DNA from: Mizuhopecten yessoensis
Taxonomy: Eukaryota
Direction of reading: 5' to 3'
DNA length: 64,000 nucleotides
NCBI RefSeq assembly: GCF_002113885.1
Contig: NW_018404940.1
Coordinates: 976,786 to 1,040,785 of the forward strand
Position 1 is the stretch's first letter. The number at the start of each line of letters is the position of its first letter. The notes beneath the pieces were generated by a model. The model was not told where the DNA came from, searched no databases, and saw nothing but the letters and a program-made list of their open reading frames with translations. This document shows positions 1-14,500 of the stretch, one piece after another. A program made the translations under genes and the position numbers.

Positions 1-200
1 ATCATGTCTAGTAATCCTAGGAATACGTCTTGGTCATTACTGATGGTTTATCATGTCTAGTAATCCTAGGAATACGTCTTGGTCATTGCTGATGGTTTAT
101 CATGTCTAGTAATCCTAGAAATACGTCTTGGTCATTACTGATGGTTTATCATGTCTAGTGATCCTAGGAATACGTCTTGGCCATTACCGATGGTTTCACA
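1..200. repeat. 49-bp minisatellite cut by the window edge; reverse complement of the 11.4-13.4 kb array
   Basis: Unit atcatgtctagtaatcctaggaatacgtcttggtcattactgatggttt. Confidence 0.95.
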
Positions 201-599
201 AGTAAATTAATCCATGTAATTGGTATTTAGGTCATTACCGATATTCATCTTTCTAACAATCCTGGAAATGTTTATTGGTCATAAATGGTTGTTCACCAGT
301 GAAGATTTCCTATGTAATTCTTCTTGGTTATGACTGTTGGATTCAATAGTCAAGAAATCGATTTTCCTACGTTTATACTGCGAACATTTTCCAAATATTG
401 CTTTTGAAGAGTGAAGGTGGACTGCAACATAACGTATACCTCCCACGCATTTGCCTTTGAACCAGATATACTGGCAGCTTTGATATTTGCGAAACGGTAG
501 TCATATATACAGAAAAGATTGCGCAGGATGGGAAGAACGATTTTGGGAGGCATTAACCTAATTATATCCAATCGAAATGTAGCATTTATTGCAGACCTC

Positions 600-1340
600 T
601 GAAGATTCCATGCAACAGGTCCTTCCAGTAACCACAATGGAAACGAAGAATCTTTGTGCATTAGGTTATTACATCATAGAAAGTGCTCCTGTAAAATAGG
701 AAGATATATGCATACATCAGATGTCCAAATAAATGAGACGATGTGAGAATGAAAAGTCAGGCAACAATCGGTATGATAAGAAGAGAAGTAGATGTGTATG
801 GTCTGGTAGATACTTGGAACAGTTCAGAACGTGGGTTCACACATTACAGGGCGGAAATACAAAACTTAAAGAATGTTGGAGAAGAAACACTACTTAGTGT
901 TGGATATAAGCATGTTGTTTGGATGGTTAGCCACTCACATCGGATAATGAAAATAAACAAATCCCCGTAAACAGGAGGTGAACAGTTGATTCTATGTGTA
1001 AGGCAGTGCTGTCGTTATAGTATTATAGTGAGGGGCAAAACCTTCAAACTGGGTCAGATATTTCATAACAAACGGCCATTTGGACAGACGATAGTAAATC
1101 AATTATCATCCTTGCACTGCGTCTTTTAACTTAAGTTCCACCCTCTTACATGGTATGATTGCATTTACAAATATCGTTAGTAGCATTCAATGAAAGAATA
1201 TCGTCTTATATATCATTATGTAAACCGTTTAGATTTTTGAAGGATTTTGATAAAGTGCTAAACCAGATAACCTGGTACAAGATGCATCATTATGGCCTCA
1301 GTGGAAACATCTCGACATATGTTGAGAATTACTTGTCACA
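600..1340. mobile_element. Degraded non-LTR retrotransposon RT fragments (minus strand ~600-1130, plus strand ~1230-1340)
   Basis: Decayed motifs KDFDKV..YKMHHYGLSGN (+) and an INDS..STVHLLF-like segment (-); boundaries approximate. Confidence 0.5.
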
Positions 1341-1344
1341 CTGG

Positions 1345-2275
1345 AAGACCCTTATTCTCTTATTATGAGAGCTTCCTTTTCCAAGAATGGCGAACGGTGA
1401 TTTAAAGATTTAAAGTATTCTGGGGCATTTTTGTTAAAGGCACAATAAAAGCCAAAAAGACATACTGAGGATGAAATCTTGAGAATGATTGAGTTCCTCG
1501 TTGACAGTATCTTTGTTATGTTCAGTGGCAAGTTTTAAAGCCAAATGTATATATTCTTATTAGAATAAACTATGCCTCTCTTCTGACCAATTTGTTTTTG
1601 TTTCCATATGGGGCTAACTTTTGGTGAGCTGATCAGCACTGGTTTTGAAAAACCTAGCCAAGTCCTTCAATCTATTGACTATGTCGATCATAAATATATA
1701 CACTCTTGAGCTTGAAAATTAAGAACACTACGGTCTCTTCTACTTCTAGCTCTTTCCTCGATCTTTACTTACAAAATGATCAACAGGGAGGGCATACTAC
1801 TCAGCTGTATTATAAGAGGGACGATTTCGAATTTCCAATTGTGAACTTTCCATTACTTGATAGTAACATCTCTGCTTCCTCAACCTACATTGTTTACATG
1901 TCGCAGTTGATAGGTATTCAAGGGCTTGTTCTGAACTGTGAAGCAGAGATACAGGTTGGTGAGGACTACGAACAAGTTTTGTGGTCGCCATCATGATCTC
2001 ATTAGGAAATATACTATTTCTTTGTGTGATAAAGGTTGATGGTTTTAATAATGCTATTTTTTTGCCTTGTGGTTTTGTTGTCAATATCTAGTACTTGTTT
2101 TGAGAATGTGACATCACATCAATTTTCCTTAGATTTACATGACAGGTGTCAACGATGAAGTAGGGGTCAATTACCTTTCTGAAACACCTGGTCTTATTCT
2201 TCTCGTACTTTTTCATGGGTCTCCATGTGGATCCTTCCTTTGTTCATGTTTCCCTTAACTCGTGTTATTGAACAC
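1345..2275 (+). mobile_element. Degraded Penelope-like element (PLE) reverse transcriptase 3' fragment
   Basis: YTEDEILRMIEFLVDSIFV and SFLDLYL...LYYKRDDFEFPIVNFPLLDSNI...YMSQLI match the PLE RT C-terminal motif KLYDKRDDFxFxIVNFP..SNIP; frameshifted. Confidence 0.8.
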
Positions 2276-2399
2276 TTCATGTATTCAATCCCAAGTAACA
2301 CTACTCACTACTAGAACTCCACGTGTACTGTATCTACATGTACCTATAGCAACCTGGTATAATTGTAAGAAAAACAGCAAGGCAACTTTGATTCACAAA

Positions 2400-2405
2400 T
2401 TTATT
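2400..2405 (-). promoter_or_regulatory. Candidate poly(A) signal of PWP2
   Basis: AATAAA on the minus strand 5 nt after the stop codon. Confidence 0.45.
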
Positions 2406-2410
2406 AAATG

Positions 2411-2582
2411 CTAAGTAACGCTATTCATGAGATTGCTCATAAAATTTTCATCTTCAGAATCATCCTCCTTCTCCTCTTCAACCTCGTCACTCTCATCCTC
2501 AGATCCCAACTCCGTAACCCGCTTACGCTTGGCCTGTGATAGGGCTTTGATGTAGCCGATACTGTACTTGTTATGGTCACAA
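2411..2582 (-). CDS. PWP2: PWP2 exon 19, last (CDHNKYSIGY...acidic tail, TAG)
   Basis: ttgtag acceptor, CDxNxY motif, stop TAG at 2413-2411. Confidence 0.92.
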
Positions 2583-5500
2583 CTACAAGAGACAAGGCAG
2601 GAAAATTATAGCCTAATGTCACAAAACGTTTATCTGTTTGTTATCAAGGACACTCTTGGCAAATATATTGTACTCTTAAAGTTGAAAATAATTTCTCAAA
2701 TTCTACCTGAATCATGTTTTATTTTAAAAGAAGAACTTTCATGAAGTTCATTTCAAAGAAAACGTATATAAAAGTTTAAGTCTGAAGACATGTATTTTGA
2801 AAGATTAATATTCATTACGTACATTTCTAATCAAAAGAATGCATACAATTACATAAAATTTAATGTTTGAAGATATGTACATCAAGTAGTGATAAGAACC
2901 AAGAAAACATGTTCAGGAGGAAATCAGTTGGTTATAGAATTATTGATGAAGGACCTCCCTTGAGTTGACTTTTCAAAGCAATATATTTAGTAAATGTCAG
3001 CAAATCATACATTTGTTTTGTTTGTTTACTTTTGTTTTTTTTCCTTATTAAAAATTACAAGACTTGTGTTTTCTTTAAAGGGACATCACAGCAAAGCATA
3101 TTTTTTTCTCTCCATTTTTTCCCCCAAATACTACATAAACATATCAAGTCAGTCTCCTTATGAAAAATATCCTAATTTTTATGTTAATGGGCATGTATCG
3201 GAGGGAGTTTATTTTGCGTTTCTATATACAGTAGTTTATGCGAGTGGAAGGGAAAAGTGACAGGTTAGTTTGATTTTGCTATGGGGCCCTCCAAAGGGTA
3301 ACTGTACATGTTGTGATGTCCGCTGTCGGTACTTGGGGTCAAATGAGATACGTGAGCTATTAGATTTACATAATTTACAATATTCCCGGGTTCAGTAAAA
3401 TGGTATGATTTAATTATACTGCTGAAGTAAACAATTTTGTTTTCACATGCGAGATTTAAATATGTCAGATAGAATCTGAATATGCATTGAAAACGGGAAA
3501 AAAATCATTTATTTACGTTATAAAAGTGGGGCGTGCAACCGATATCACTGGCTTCTATTTCAGACAAAATGACTGATTAAAGAAAAGTTATCTCAACATA
3601 AAGAAGGGTTCATTAACAAGTATGCTTTGATCTCTGTAAAGTATTGGAAACATATAATTATCAAGTATCACAACACGTTCCATATCTGACACATATTCTA
3701 CATGTACACGTAGTGGTTTTGCCAGAAATGTTTATTGTGTATGATGGCTTATATGACTTACTTTTTTATATACTTGTCAATGCATACAGTGTATATACAC
3801 TTTATGAAAACATTTGAAATAGGATATTTGCCTCGTGAATATTACTTTTTACAGAAAGGTTTATCCCATGGTTGAGGGAAGATGTACCGGTCACATTCCG
3901 GTAATAGATTTTTCCTGGTGTCTATAAATAATGCTGAGAGGCCAGCAAATATTTCTACATTCAAATTTGGAATAATGGCATGTGTGCAATAAACTTCTGA
4001 TGATGAAAAATAACTACTAAGAGAATTCAATAAGTTTCAACACGGACTTGGAAATCATATTACTTGGTTTCATAGTGTGGTTAAAAGTTGCAGTTGCCTA
4101 ACGGGCCCTCACTGGGGGCCCCTTTGGAAACTTTGCATCTCGGTCAGTATAAACAAAGTGAGTGGAGATTCACATAGATATACCCAGTATACCCCCATCC
4201 CAACCACATTATTTGTCTGTGACCTTTCACCCTTTAACCTTGACCAATGCCAACCAAAATCTAAACAGGTGTGGAACTAGATATTAACATACAATGGTGA
4301 AAATATGAAATTAATTTGTTTAGGGGTAGATAAGAAATCACGTATAAAAGTTTTTTACTACCAAAGGATGCTATGCCTGTGACCTTTAACCTTGACCAAT
4401 GACCATCAAAGTTTAAAACAGGAGTAGAACTTGATGTTACTATACAATGGTGTAAACTTGATCTAAATTTGTAGAAGTTAATGAGATATCTTGTATGCAA
4501 GCTTTTTACTATTGAACAGACGGACGCACAGAAAAGGTGATTACTATATACCCTTCTCACGTAGTGAGGGATTATTTACCTAATGAAGTTTGAGAAATCG
4601 TCTAATTGATAGATACTCACATTTTGCCCAGATCCTCGTGTTTGCGGGTGATGCCCTTTTGGAGCATTCTGAGTGTTGCCATAATGCTCTGAGAACGCTG
4701 TTTTAACTGGGGGCCATGGAACATAAGAATTTTGTTGATCCAGATCATGTAGAACTGCAAATGTGTTGTTGCCTCCATCTGATTGGCCAAAAATGCCAGC
4801 AGTTTGTCTATGTATGCGTTTGGGAGATTCTCACAAATAACAGGCACTGAAAGAGAGAAGGGAAGTAACTCTTTCACATAAAACTCTGATAACACAATAT
4901 AATAGTTATTTCATGGCTATTTGGAAATCAGTCAGAATGGTTGTCCAAAAGCGATGTGATAATGTGTAAACTGTCGTCTCAATACATCTGGTTTTGAAAA
5001 CAGAGGCATATAACTACTGCAAAGTCAAACATTTGCCCTTTTCTGATAAAAAAAGGGGGAAAATGGCAAATGTTAAAATGAGGCAAATATTTTCCAGTAT
5101 ACAGATTTACCAGTAGACACTAGTATACTTTACCTACCCATTAAACATAAGTATACATGATTACCTCCCATTAAACATGACTTTACATGACTACCTACCA
5201 TTAGAGACAGGTATGGATTCCAGCACCTCCTGTATCAACTTCACTTCGTTCAGTCTGAAGCTCAGCATCAAAGAGATAGAGTAATCCCCGTCTTGGAGAG
5301 TTTTTCTCACATTTTCAGGGGTGATGTCCATCTCCAGGTCAAAGGGGTCAAACACAAGGTTATGGTCTAGTGAATATACCAATAGCCCCTCTGTTGTTGC
5401 CGAGGCCCAGGCACGTCCTGCATGGAGAAATTGGATATGGATTGTCTTAATGAATACATTTTGTGTTTAACTTTAAGGTCAGGATTGGATTATATACAAA

Positions 5501-8500
5501 TTTCTATTCCAAAGAAAAACACAGCCGTATTATAATTAAGTTAATTCATATACCAATAGTACTAATATACAAATTGATCAGTTACACCAATTACTGTACA
5601 CTCTAGAGGGAGGAATATTTGATAGAGATTGTTGTTTACTATATACAATGTCACAATTAACAAAATCTAAACCTATGCTTACAATTTGCCAATGTGAAAA
5701 CTCCCTACAGAGTTAAAATAAATAGGCACTATTGCAATAAATAACAAGGTTACCGCGAGCGGTATATAATACGCCAGTCACACATTGAATGAGCAGTTGT
5801 TTGTATGATTGAAATATATGAAGTATTTGTGAGTAATTGATATTAAAAGAGAAATCATTCAACATAACTGGTAGATCATTGAGTGCAATACAACATCATG
5901 GAACGCATGCATCGCATTAATGAAACCAAGGGGAATAACTCCAATAATTACGGTCGGATAATGGCGGTTATCGAACTTGTCCGAGGTTTCATGGTAATTA
6001 ACCTTGTTGTGAAGTTTGAAGTTAATCCGTTAATAATTACTCGAGATATCGAGCGGACATCGTTCGCTTGCCCGCCCGCCCGCTCACGTGATAACATAAT
6101 ACGTCCCTGTCTTCGACGGGCGTATAAAAACAAAAACTACAAAACAATGCACTGTGCCATTATATATGTAAACCTGTATAACAGTAACTGATATACAAAA
6201 ATATTTAACAAGAGGCCCAGAGGGCCTGTATCGCTCACCTGAATATGTTTAAAATAATTGGTATGAAGTAAAGATATGGCACTCCATGGTAGTACATACA
6301 AAATTTCAGAAAGATCCATCCAGTACTTGAGATATAGCGAGAACAAACCTCAATTGTTCCAAGGATGCTCCAGACTAAATATGGATAAGATCCCTTAATC
6401 CCGATGGTCGAAAAAGGATTTTAAAGGTTTTACTTCTATTTCTCCTATTAGGCCCCACACTTCTGCCCCCTGGGAGACCACACCCACTGCTTATACAAAA
6501 TTGAGTCCCCTTGGCCCAAGGATGCTCCAGACTAAATTAGGATAAAATCCCTTAATCCCTATAGTAGAAGAAGGATTTTAAAGGTTTTACCTCTATTTCC
6601 CCTATTGGGCCCCGACTCTCTGCCTCCAGGGGGGTTAGACACACCGTTAATACAGAATTAGTTCCTCTTCACCGAATGATGCTTCATACCAAATTTGGTC
6701 AAAATCCTGTCATTCGTACAGAAGAAGAAGGTATTTGAAGAATTTGCTATGTTTCCCCTATTGGGCCCGTCCCTTCTGCCCCCAGGGGGGGGTGCCACAC
6801 TCGCTGTTTATACGAAATTGAGTCCCTTTTATCCAAGGATGCTCAAGACTAAATTAGGATAAAATCCCTTAATCCATATGGTAGAAGAAGGATTATAAAG
6901 GTTTTACTTCTATTTCCCCTATTGGGCCCCGCCCCTCAGGTCCCAAGGGGGCCACACCCACCGCTTATAAAAAATTAGTTCCCCTTTACCCAAGGATGCT
7001 CCACACCAAATATGGACCAAATCCTTTCATTCCTACAGAAGAAGAAGGATTTTAAAGAATAATTAAAGGAAAAGTTGACGGACGGACGATGGACGACGGA
7101 CGACGGACGCTGGTGGACCAGGTGAGCTAAAAATGTCACCTACTAAAGTGAGACACATTGTATGTGTGATGGTTTACTGACCTGTGGGAGAGAACTGTAC
7201 TGCTGCTACCCTGACCTCTGGTTTCCAGTGTCGTGAGCTCATGTCTCCCTTCTTCACCCCTGGGAGACTGATGGCAGTTCCATCTTGGTCCCCCTTTCCA
7301 TCGTCCACAAGGGACAAACTTCCCCACTGTGTCATCTTACGTCGGTCCAGGAACTCCTGTGAACCATCGTGTACATGTTTATACAACACAGTGTTCCACA
7401 CACAACATAAAACATATTATCACATAATAATCGGCCTGTTATCCAGTGAATTCGTCCGTGTAATATTTTTACATATGTCACTAGTGTAATGTACCCTGGA
7501 GCGTTTTTCATTGGCTGTGCCAGTCAGAAATCGATTGTGACGTCATAATATGGACAAAGACGTGACGTCATAAATTGTGAATGCCACAACAAAATGGCTG
7601 TCTCCGCTTGATTAAGCCCTCTACATTTTGGCTTTAAAACCTGTCAAAATGTATGTTTTCTGAGTTATGTGAAAAAAAGTATCTTAAATTTGTTTTCATT
7701 TCATATGAGCTTTTATGAAACTCGTCTCGGAAGTTTCAATTTTTGCTCGCCAAGGCTCGCCAAAAAAACACCTAAGACTCGTTTCACATGAAATGAAACT
7801 CATTTAAGATCCTATATTTGCACAATGTCATTCATACATAAGATATAATATCATTCATACAATAAGATGTTGCAAATTAAACATTTCACACAGACTGAGC
7901 AGGAAGCCAAGAGAGCATTAATATTCTGTAAGTTGATGCAATCACTTTATCAACTTCAACTACTGAATACAAGATGCAGAAAGGTAAGAGATTTTTTTCT
8001 CCAATTCCTGTGTGTACCATTGTATGAGGAATGGGTGTCAGAAATTTCTATCTTACACCCTATTCCATCTGCAGGATGTCACAACACGACACCAATGACG
8101 TGACATCATGAAATCAGGAAAGTTTTGATGCCGTCATGTGGAAACTGAGATGCCTTTTTGTGGGGGTTCTAAGCTAATTCTGGTGATTAGAATCAGAGAG
8201 GAATACTTTTTTATGCCAAGGGCTGAAGGATAGCGAAATTTCCCCATCCATACGTTCCTGGGTATGAAAAAGACTGATTGAGATTCCAGACAGACATAGG
8301 AACAACTATAGTAACAGATGTTGACATCAATATTATTGGAAAGTTTCATGTTTTTTTAGGCGGCACTTTTCTTTAACTCCATATAGGTTTCAGAATATCA
8401 TAAAAATTGATTGTTTCACCAAGCCTCAATTCATTAGCAAGTCCATATAGGTTTTAGAGTATCATAAAAATTGATTGTTTCACCAAGCCTCAATTCATTA

Positions 8501-11500
8501 ATAAGTCGCTCAAAGAGCGCTAAAATAATCTTCACAGTAATGTATCAAAGGTTTCTCAGAAATATCACACCTTGGTTTGGATAAGCTTATAGAATTCCAC
8601 TTCCACCTCTATACTTGGGTAGATGTGATATTTTATCATTATCTTTACTTTAAAGCATTCAAAATAAAACTTTTGAAATCGCAAAGACGAAGAAAAGATT
8701 TGTCACATATAATATGTCATATGTAAATTATACTTAACACCTAATACAATGTACATATAAGCTATCTCCCCAGTCTGACATTTTGTTTTAGTTATAACGA
8801 CATTTTGAACTTGTACATACCTCCATCCCATCAAAGGAGTAGTTTCGTGAGATTTCAAATTTCTTGATGAGCATTTGGTCAGGCACAGAGTAGATACACA
8901 CATTCTTTGACTGTCCTGCGGCCAGTAGACATTGCCCATCAGCCGAGTAACATATCGTAGTGAAGGCCCTGTATCATGTTACAATCAGATCTTAATACAC
9001 TTGGTTACATATCTCACACAAACGTGGTAAAAAAGTACTTCAAAGTATTATTATCAAAAGATGTATTTTGAAAAGTTAATCTTATTCATGCATATATACA
9101 AATGAAAAACACACTGTGTATTTAGGTTTTTCAGGAGAACAATTTATGAAAAGCTACACCATGAATGAAATTGTGTTATTTTAATAACTCTGTGTGCTTT
9201 AATGTTTTATAGAATCTAACACACAACTTGGGATGAAAAATCAATAGGTCATGAATTTGTAACAGATCAGTTATTGATTCATCACAGTGACCTACTTTCC
9301 TTCTGCAGCTTTTCTGGCAGTGATTTTATCATTCTCGCTGCGGAAGTATCCAAGATCGTGCCTGCCCTCTATTGAGCCTGTCTGAGTAGCTGTGTTAGGG
9401 TTCCAGAAAGTAATCTGGGCATTAAGATTGGCTACAGCTACCTCTCCTCCATCAGGACGAAAGGCCACAGCCAGTACTAAAAATAGATAAAATACATTTC
9501 ATAAAACCATCAAGATGAACGGCCATGGGTGGGACAGACCCGGATGCCAATATCAGCATCATATCTGTGTTAGATTTTTCATGCTCAGCAATATATTGTA
9601 ATGAGGTAGGGAAATCATCAACCGTTATGACCCAGGGTCTAAGTCAGCAAGTATGAGGCCAGACCCAGGGTCAATCCTGATAGCTATATGTTTATTCTTC
9701 TCTTCATACTCAGCAATTACATATACAGTTATAGGGAGGGGATCTTAACCATTTCCATGTTATAAATTTATTTTTGGCACTGTCCCTCAGTCCTAGAGGT
9801 CTATTAATGGTACAATTCTGAATGCACCTCCCCTCCTGAACCTGAGGATGTTTCCAACCAATTATGGTTAATATTCCTCTCATATTCCAGAGGAGAATTT
9901 GCTTAAAGTATGAACATATTATCCAAGTGGCCCAGCCCCCCTCCCAGCGTTTTGCGGGTTGGGATTTTGAGGGTAGGGGTTTGTGGTTGTGGTTGAATCC
10001 CCACCTTCTAACAGTACTTCTAACCAAATGTGTTTCACTTAATTTTTTGGTTCCTAAGAAGAAGTAGCTTAAAACAGTATATCAAAATTGACCACTTTGG
10101 CCCACCCTTCCGACCCCTGACCGGGAAAGTTCTTAATTGAAGGCATTAACTGAGGTTGCAAATGACACAAGGGTAATTTTACTGAGGTTTAAATCCTCTG
10201 TACAGCATGAAACACAAGTTTCCAGAATTTGAATTTACAAATATTTTGCAGATAAAATTTTGCGAAGACCACTGGTATATTTGAAATTTGTGCATATACT
10301 GGTGTCAAATATTCGTAGTCACAATATAACCACAAGTGTGAAAATAAATACACGTTTAAAGTTTCAATTATGATAATTATCCAGGTCCCCTTTGCTTCAT
10401 TATAAATTCATTTTACAATAGCAAACTGTTTTGTAATCCTTACCATCGGAGTTAAATTGCAGTGTTTCCTTCACTCCTTTGTTTTCAAATACATCCCATA
10501 ATTTAACTGATTTGTCCCAGGAGCCAGTGGCCAGAAACGATTGGTTAGAACTGAAACTAAGCGTGCTGATTGGTCCCACATGTCCTGTTAGCACCTGTGA
10601 AGAACATTGTTGACATCTGAATTATACTAACACACATCATTGAAGGACTCTCAAATCTATCACATATTTTCTGTAGCCAAAAATCACATTTTCTTTTAAT
10701 CAAGTCATATTTTGTTTGAATACCACTATTATTGTATGGGTGGCCTCCCTTGTCTCATTAACTTCTTTCTTTTCAAACAAGCAAAGTATAAATTCAAAAT
10801 TTTTCCTCAAACTACAAAAAGATTATATATCAATTTACTGCATATATATTGAAAACACATACATATTGTGTATATATATTTATATGTAAATTTACATGTC
10901 TTTGTGTTTCCTACTGTCATCTCTTTTTGATTACTCAATTAAATTTGTTTAAATGAAAATGAAGTCTGATTTTCTCAGAATGTGGTAACAAACCTCAAGT
11001 AAGCGTCCTGTCTGCATAGACCAAACAAACACCTCAAATGTGTCTAGTCCTCCCGCACAAACAATGTCACCACTGTGGTCCACAGCCAGGCAGGAAAACT
11101 GACACGGGCGCGGAGATGTAAAGGTGCGGAAGTTGCGATATCTGTCAGGAGATATTAGTGTAACATTACAGTTAACAATGGAAATTAAAAAATTGGTTTT
11201 AAGATAACATCGTATAAAGCTATCAGATAAAAAACACTTTTAAATGAAATTAAGTTTTGTTGGAAAGAAAGTTTGGAAACAAATCAAAGAAAGTTTTGAA
11301 ACAAATCAAAGAAAGTTTTTTCAATTGCCATTTATGACCTATCAAAATTTCAAGGATTACTTGACAGATGAAAGCATCAGCAATTACCTGAATACCAATT
11401 CTATGGACTAATTTACTTCATTACCATCAGTAATGACCAAGACGTATTCCTAGGATTACTAGACATGATAAACCATCAGTAATGACCAAGACGTATTCCT

Positions 11501-14500
11501 AGGATTACTAGACATGATAAACCATCAGTAATGACCAAGACGTATTCCTAGGATTACTAGACATGATAAACCATCAGTAATGACCAAGACGTATTCCTAG
11601 GATTACTAGACATGATAAACCATCAGTAATGACCAAGACGTATTCCTAGGATTACTAGACATGATAAACCATCAGTAATGACCAAGACGTATTCCTAGGA
11701 TTACTAGACATGATAAACCATCAGTAATGACCAAGACGTATTCCTAGGATTACTAGACATGATAAACCATCAGTAATGACCAAGACGTATTCCTAGGATT
11801 ACTAGACATGATAAACCATCAGTAATGACCAAGACGTATTCCTAGGATTACTAGACATGATAAACCATCAGTAATGACCAAGACGTATTCCTAGGATTAC
11901 TAGACATGATAAACCATCAGTAATGACCAAGACGTATTCCTAGGATTACTAGACATGATAAACCATCAGTAATGACCAAGACGTATTCCTAGGATTACTA
12001 GACATGATAAACCATCAGTAATGACCAAGACGTATTCCTAGGATTACTAGACATGATAAACCATCAGTAATGACCAAGACGTATTCCTAGGATTACTAGA
12101 CATGATAAACCATCAGTAATGACCAAGACGTATTCCTAGGATTACTAGACATGATAAACCATCAGTAATGACCAAGACGTATTCCTAGGATTACTAGACA
12201 TGATAAACCATCAGTAATGACCAAGACGTATTCCTAGGATTACTAGACATGATAAACCATCAGTAATGACCAAGACGTATTCCTAGGATTACTAGACATG
12301 ATAAACCATCAGTAATGACCAAGACGTATTCCTAGGATTACTAGACATGATAAACCATCAGTAATGACCAAGACGTATTCCTAGGATTACTAGACATGAT
12401 AAACCATCAGTAATGACCAAGACGTATTCCTAGGATTACTAGACATGATAAACCATCAGTAATGACCAAGACGTATTCCTAGGATTACTAGACATGATAA
12501 ACCATCAGTAATGACCAAGACGTATTCCTAGGATTACTAGACATGATAAACCATCAGTAATGACCAAGACGTATTCCTAGGATTACTAGACATGATAAAC
12601 CATCAGTAATGACCAAGACGTATTCCTAGGATTACTAGACATGATAAACCATCAGTAATGACCAAGACGTATTCCTAGGATTACTAGACATGATAAACCA
12701 TCAGTAATGACCAAGACGTATTCCTAGGATTACTAGACATGATAAACCATCAGTAATGACCAAGACGTATTCCTAGGATTACTAGACATGATAAACCATC
12801 AGTAATGACCAAGACGTATTCCTAGGATTACTAGACATGATAAACCATCAGTAATGACCAAGACGTATTCCTAGGATTACTAGACATGATAAACCATCAG
12901 TAATGACCAAGACGTATTCCTAGGATTACTAGACATGATAAACCATCAGTAATGACCAAGACGTATTCCTAGGATTACTAGACATGATAAACCATCAGTA
13001 ATGACCAAGACGTATTCCTAGGATTACTAGACATGATAAACCATCAGTAATGACCAAGACGTATTCCTAGGATTACTAGACATGATAAACCATCAGTAAT
13101 GACCAAGACGTATTCCTAGGATTACTAGACATGATAAACCATCAGTAATGACCAAGACGTATTCCTAGGATTACTAGACATGATAAACCATCAGTAATGA
13201 CAAAGACGTATTACTAGTATTACTAGACATGATAAACCATCAGTCATGACCCAGACGTATTCCTAGTATTACTAGACACAATAAACCATCAGTAATGGCC
13301 CAGACGTATTCCTAGTATTACTAGACACAATAAACCATCAGTAATGGCCCAGACGTATTGCTAGGATTACTTGACATCATAAACCATCAGTCATGACCAA
13401 GACGCTAACAGAAAATACTTGGTTTCTTGGGTTTAAATTTCAGTTAAGTTTCACTTATCATTTAAAATATGTTGCTGAAATAATACACATTAATCTGTTA
13501 TATTTAAACATCTGACACCATTGGTAGGATAAGTCTACCTGTTCAGAGGAGGATACCTACCTGTTGAGATCAAAAGCTCGTACAGAGCCATCGAGGGACG
13601 CCGACAAAACCACCTGTCCGTTCTGGTTAAAGGTCACACCAGTGATTCCTCCCAAATGCTCAGTAAATGTTACGAAACAAAAGCCACTACTGGTGTTCCA
13701 AACTTTTACCTGCAAAAATTGTTATTAATGAATCATATATCATTTCATCAATGAGAGTCATCTAACAGTATGTCACGGTTAATAAAATATTTGTATACCA
13801 TGATAATGTCTGGAGTATAAAAGGTATGTTTCTGTTTAATGTAATTACATAAGTTACAGGATTTGCAGTACAATAAAAGCATAAGTAAAATTTTATGGGT
13901 CGGGGGATGGAGGCGAGGGATTTTCAGTCAAAGTAAAAAAGGTTTACACTTGAACTCAACTGTAGGCAGAGCTAAAAAAAACTATATAACATTTCCTAAA
14001 ATATACATGTGAATCGCCCTTATTTTAGAAAGAAATAATACAAGCTATCCATTGCCAGCATTTAAGTATCGGCCAGGAATGTCTGGACTGCTGAATATAT
14101 ATGCACATGCCAAATACTTCTGAGGTTAGCCTCAGTTCAGATCTGAGCCTATCATTTTCTTTTCAGGTTCAGGTAGTTGAAACAGTTGAACCATGTACGT
14201 GAAAGGGGCTTATTCTCACAAGATTTTGAGAACAAGAAAAAAAGATGAGTCTAAGTGACTTGCTGCGTAACATACCTTGCCATCGTCCCCACCGGTTGCA
14301 ATGTTCTGGCCATCAGGGGAGTAAGCCAGACAGCCCATGTTGTTGAAGTGTCCCTGTTGTTTGAGGACGTAGGTTTCACTCTGCCACTCCCACACCAGCA
14401 GCTGGCCCATACCCCCACACCCCAGAGCCAGCCAGTCCCCCGTGTTGTTGAATGCCATGGAGGCAATGCTCTGGTCCGAAACACTGTAACATACAAACAC

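Noticed and set aside
3075-4135. Possible Kolobok-type DNA transposon remnant starting TTAAAGGGACATCACAGC
   Set aside because: I could not locate a matching right terminus with TTAA, so boundaries are unsupported.
13547-13556. GTATCCTC near the exon 11 donor as a second U12 site
   Set aside because: It is 4 nt inside the intron and out of frame, lacks the second T of GTATCCTT, and the canonical AG|gtaggt donor fits the phase.
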